Translations under genes and position numbers: made by a program
In this document: positions 63,091 through 64,000 of the stretch, piece after piece
Layout of the letters: the number at the start of each line of letters is the position of its first letter
Position numbering within the stretch: position 1 is the first letter of the stretch
NCBI RefSeq assembly: GCF_006345805.1
Contig: NC_043007.1
Coordinates: 68,696,001-68,760,000, forward strand
Length of the DNA stretch: 64,000 nt
Direction: 5' to 3'
Source: Octopus sinensis
Lineage: Eukaryota
Notes under the pieces: model-generated
Told to the model about the DNA's origin: nothing
What the model saw: only the letters and a program-made list of their open reading frames with translations
Database searches by the model: none

Positions 63091-64000
63091 ATATATAGAG
63101 TACCTAGTGAATTAGAATATCAAAATATTATATACGTATCTTGTATCGTTGCTGATGTTACTTTTTATCTGTATTTACCCTTATCAATGAAGAATTTCAA
63201 AATCAATTATAATTGGAGAATTTTACAAGCAATTGCTATGCACATATATCCTGACATTTAGGAATTTTATTGGATGTGAATTTGGCTGCTGTTTTAAGGA
63301 AGTTGAGTGACCGAAGTTGAGACTGCCATATCAAATTAGAATTTAGTAATTTCTTTGAAATTTCATCTCATGATTTTTCCTCCAATTATCATAAATTCTT
63401 CATATCATGTCTTTTGACTTTCAGTCGAATTTCTTAGAAATCTACACAAAATATATAATTGGAAATTATCTTTAAATTCATGCTGTTCTTTATATAATTA
63501 GTATGTTCTTCATAGTTTAGAAACGAATATGCCAAATTGTTATCAAACTTTATACTTTTACAAAATGTAAATATCTCAAGAAAATTAATAAGACTTCTGT
63601 AATCATTGCACATAATTATTTAGAATCAAATAGAGGCAGAAAGCAAAACTTGCTTAAAGCAACAAAGGATTTTGCTATCTCCCATACCTTCAAGAATTCA
63701 ACGGTTCGTTCTCTTCAACGCGTTACAATAGTCACAACAATTATAGCATACAAAATGTTGACAGTAGAATTCAACGATGTTTTTTTTTATCAATTCTGCA
63801 AGAATGTTGGAATAATATTTTTATCTTTTCGTTTGGTTTTAAAACTTTTCTCTGAAAAAAGTATTGTTGTCGATGTTAGATTAAGTATTGCAAATTTTAT
63901 AATTTTGTAATTTCTTAAAAACACGTCCATTATATGTTGTCCAAGAAAAGGTGACACTCATGTAATGTCATGAGACCTAGTATCAATACTGAGAGCAAAA

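Noticed and set aside
62100-64000. AT-rich unique-looking tail of the window as a possible gene region
   Set aside because: No ORF with recognisable motifs; at most faint retroelement decay.

Overview
AT-rich eukaryotic genomic DNA made almost entirely of microsatellites and transposable elements. The SINE families look like those I know from octopus/cephalopod genomes (inference, not a database hit). No host protein-coding gene can be supported. Main components: (1) a nearly full-length ~4.6 kb CR1/L2-group LINE on the minus strand (19468-24103). Its ORF1 has a Myb/SANT-like N-terminus, poly-Q and two CCCH zinc fingers. Its ORF2 has no AUG ahead of the endonuclease motifs and overlaps ORF1 in the -1 frame, starting at a U-UUU-UUA slippery heptamer followed by a perfect hairpin, which suggests programmed -1 ribosomal frameshifting. 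(2) A cluster of four L1/Tx1-like ORF1-only (RRM-like + CCHC) units with no ORF2 (57470-62040). (3) Penelope-like elements (GIY-YIG) whose terminal repeats carry minimal hammerhead-ribozyme motifs, two with a CUGUNGA core variant. (4) R4-like restriction-endonuclease retroelement ends tied to (ACAT)n microsatellites. (5) Autonomous and non-autonomous Helitron remnants, mariner/Tc1 elements, foldback MITEs, RTE remnants, many tRNA-derived SINEs, and 42-bp and 116-bp tandem arrays. Most ORFs in the supplied track are microsatellite artefacts. Boundaries of old, degenerate elements are approximate.
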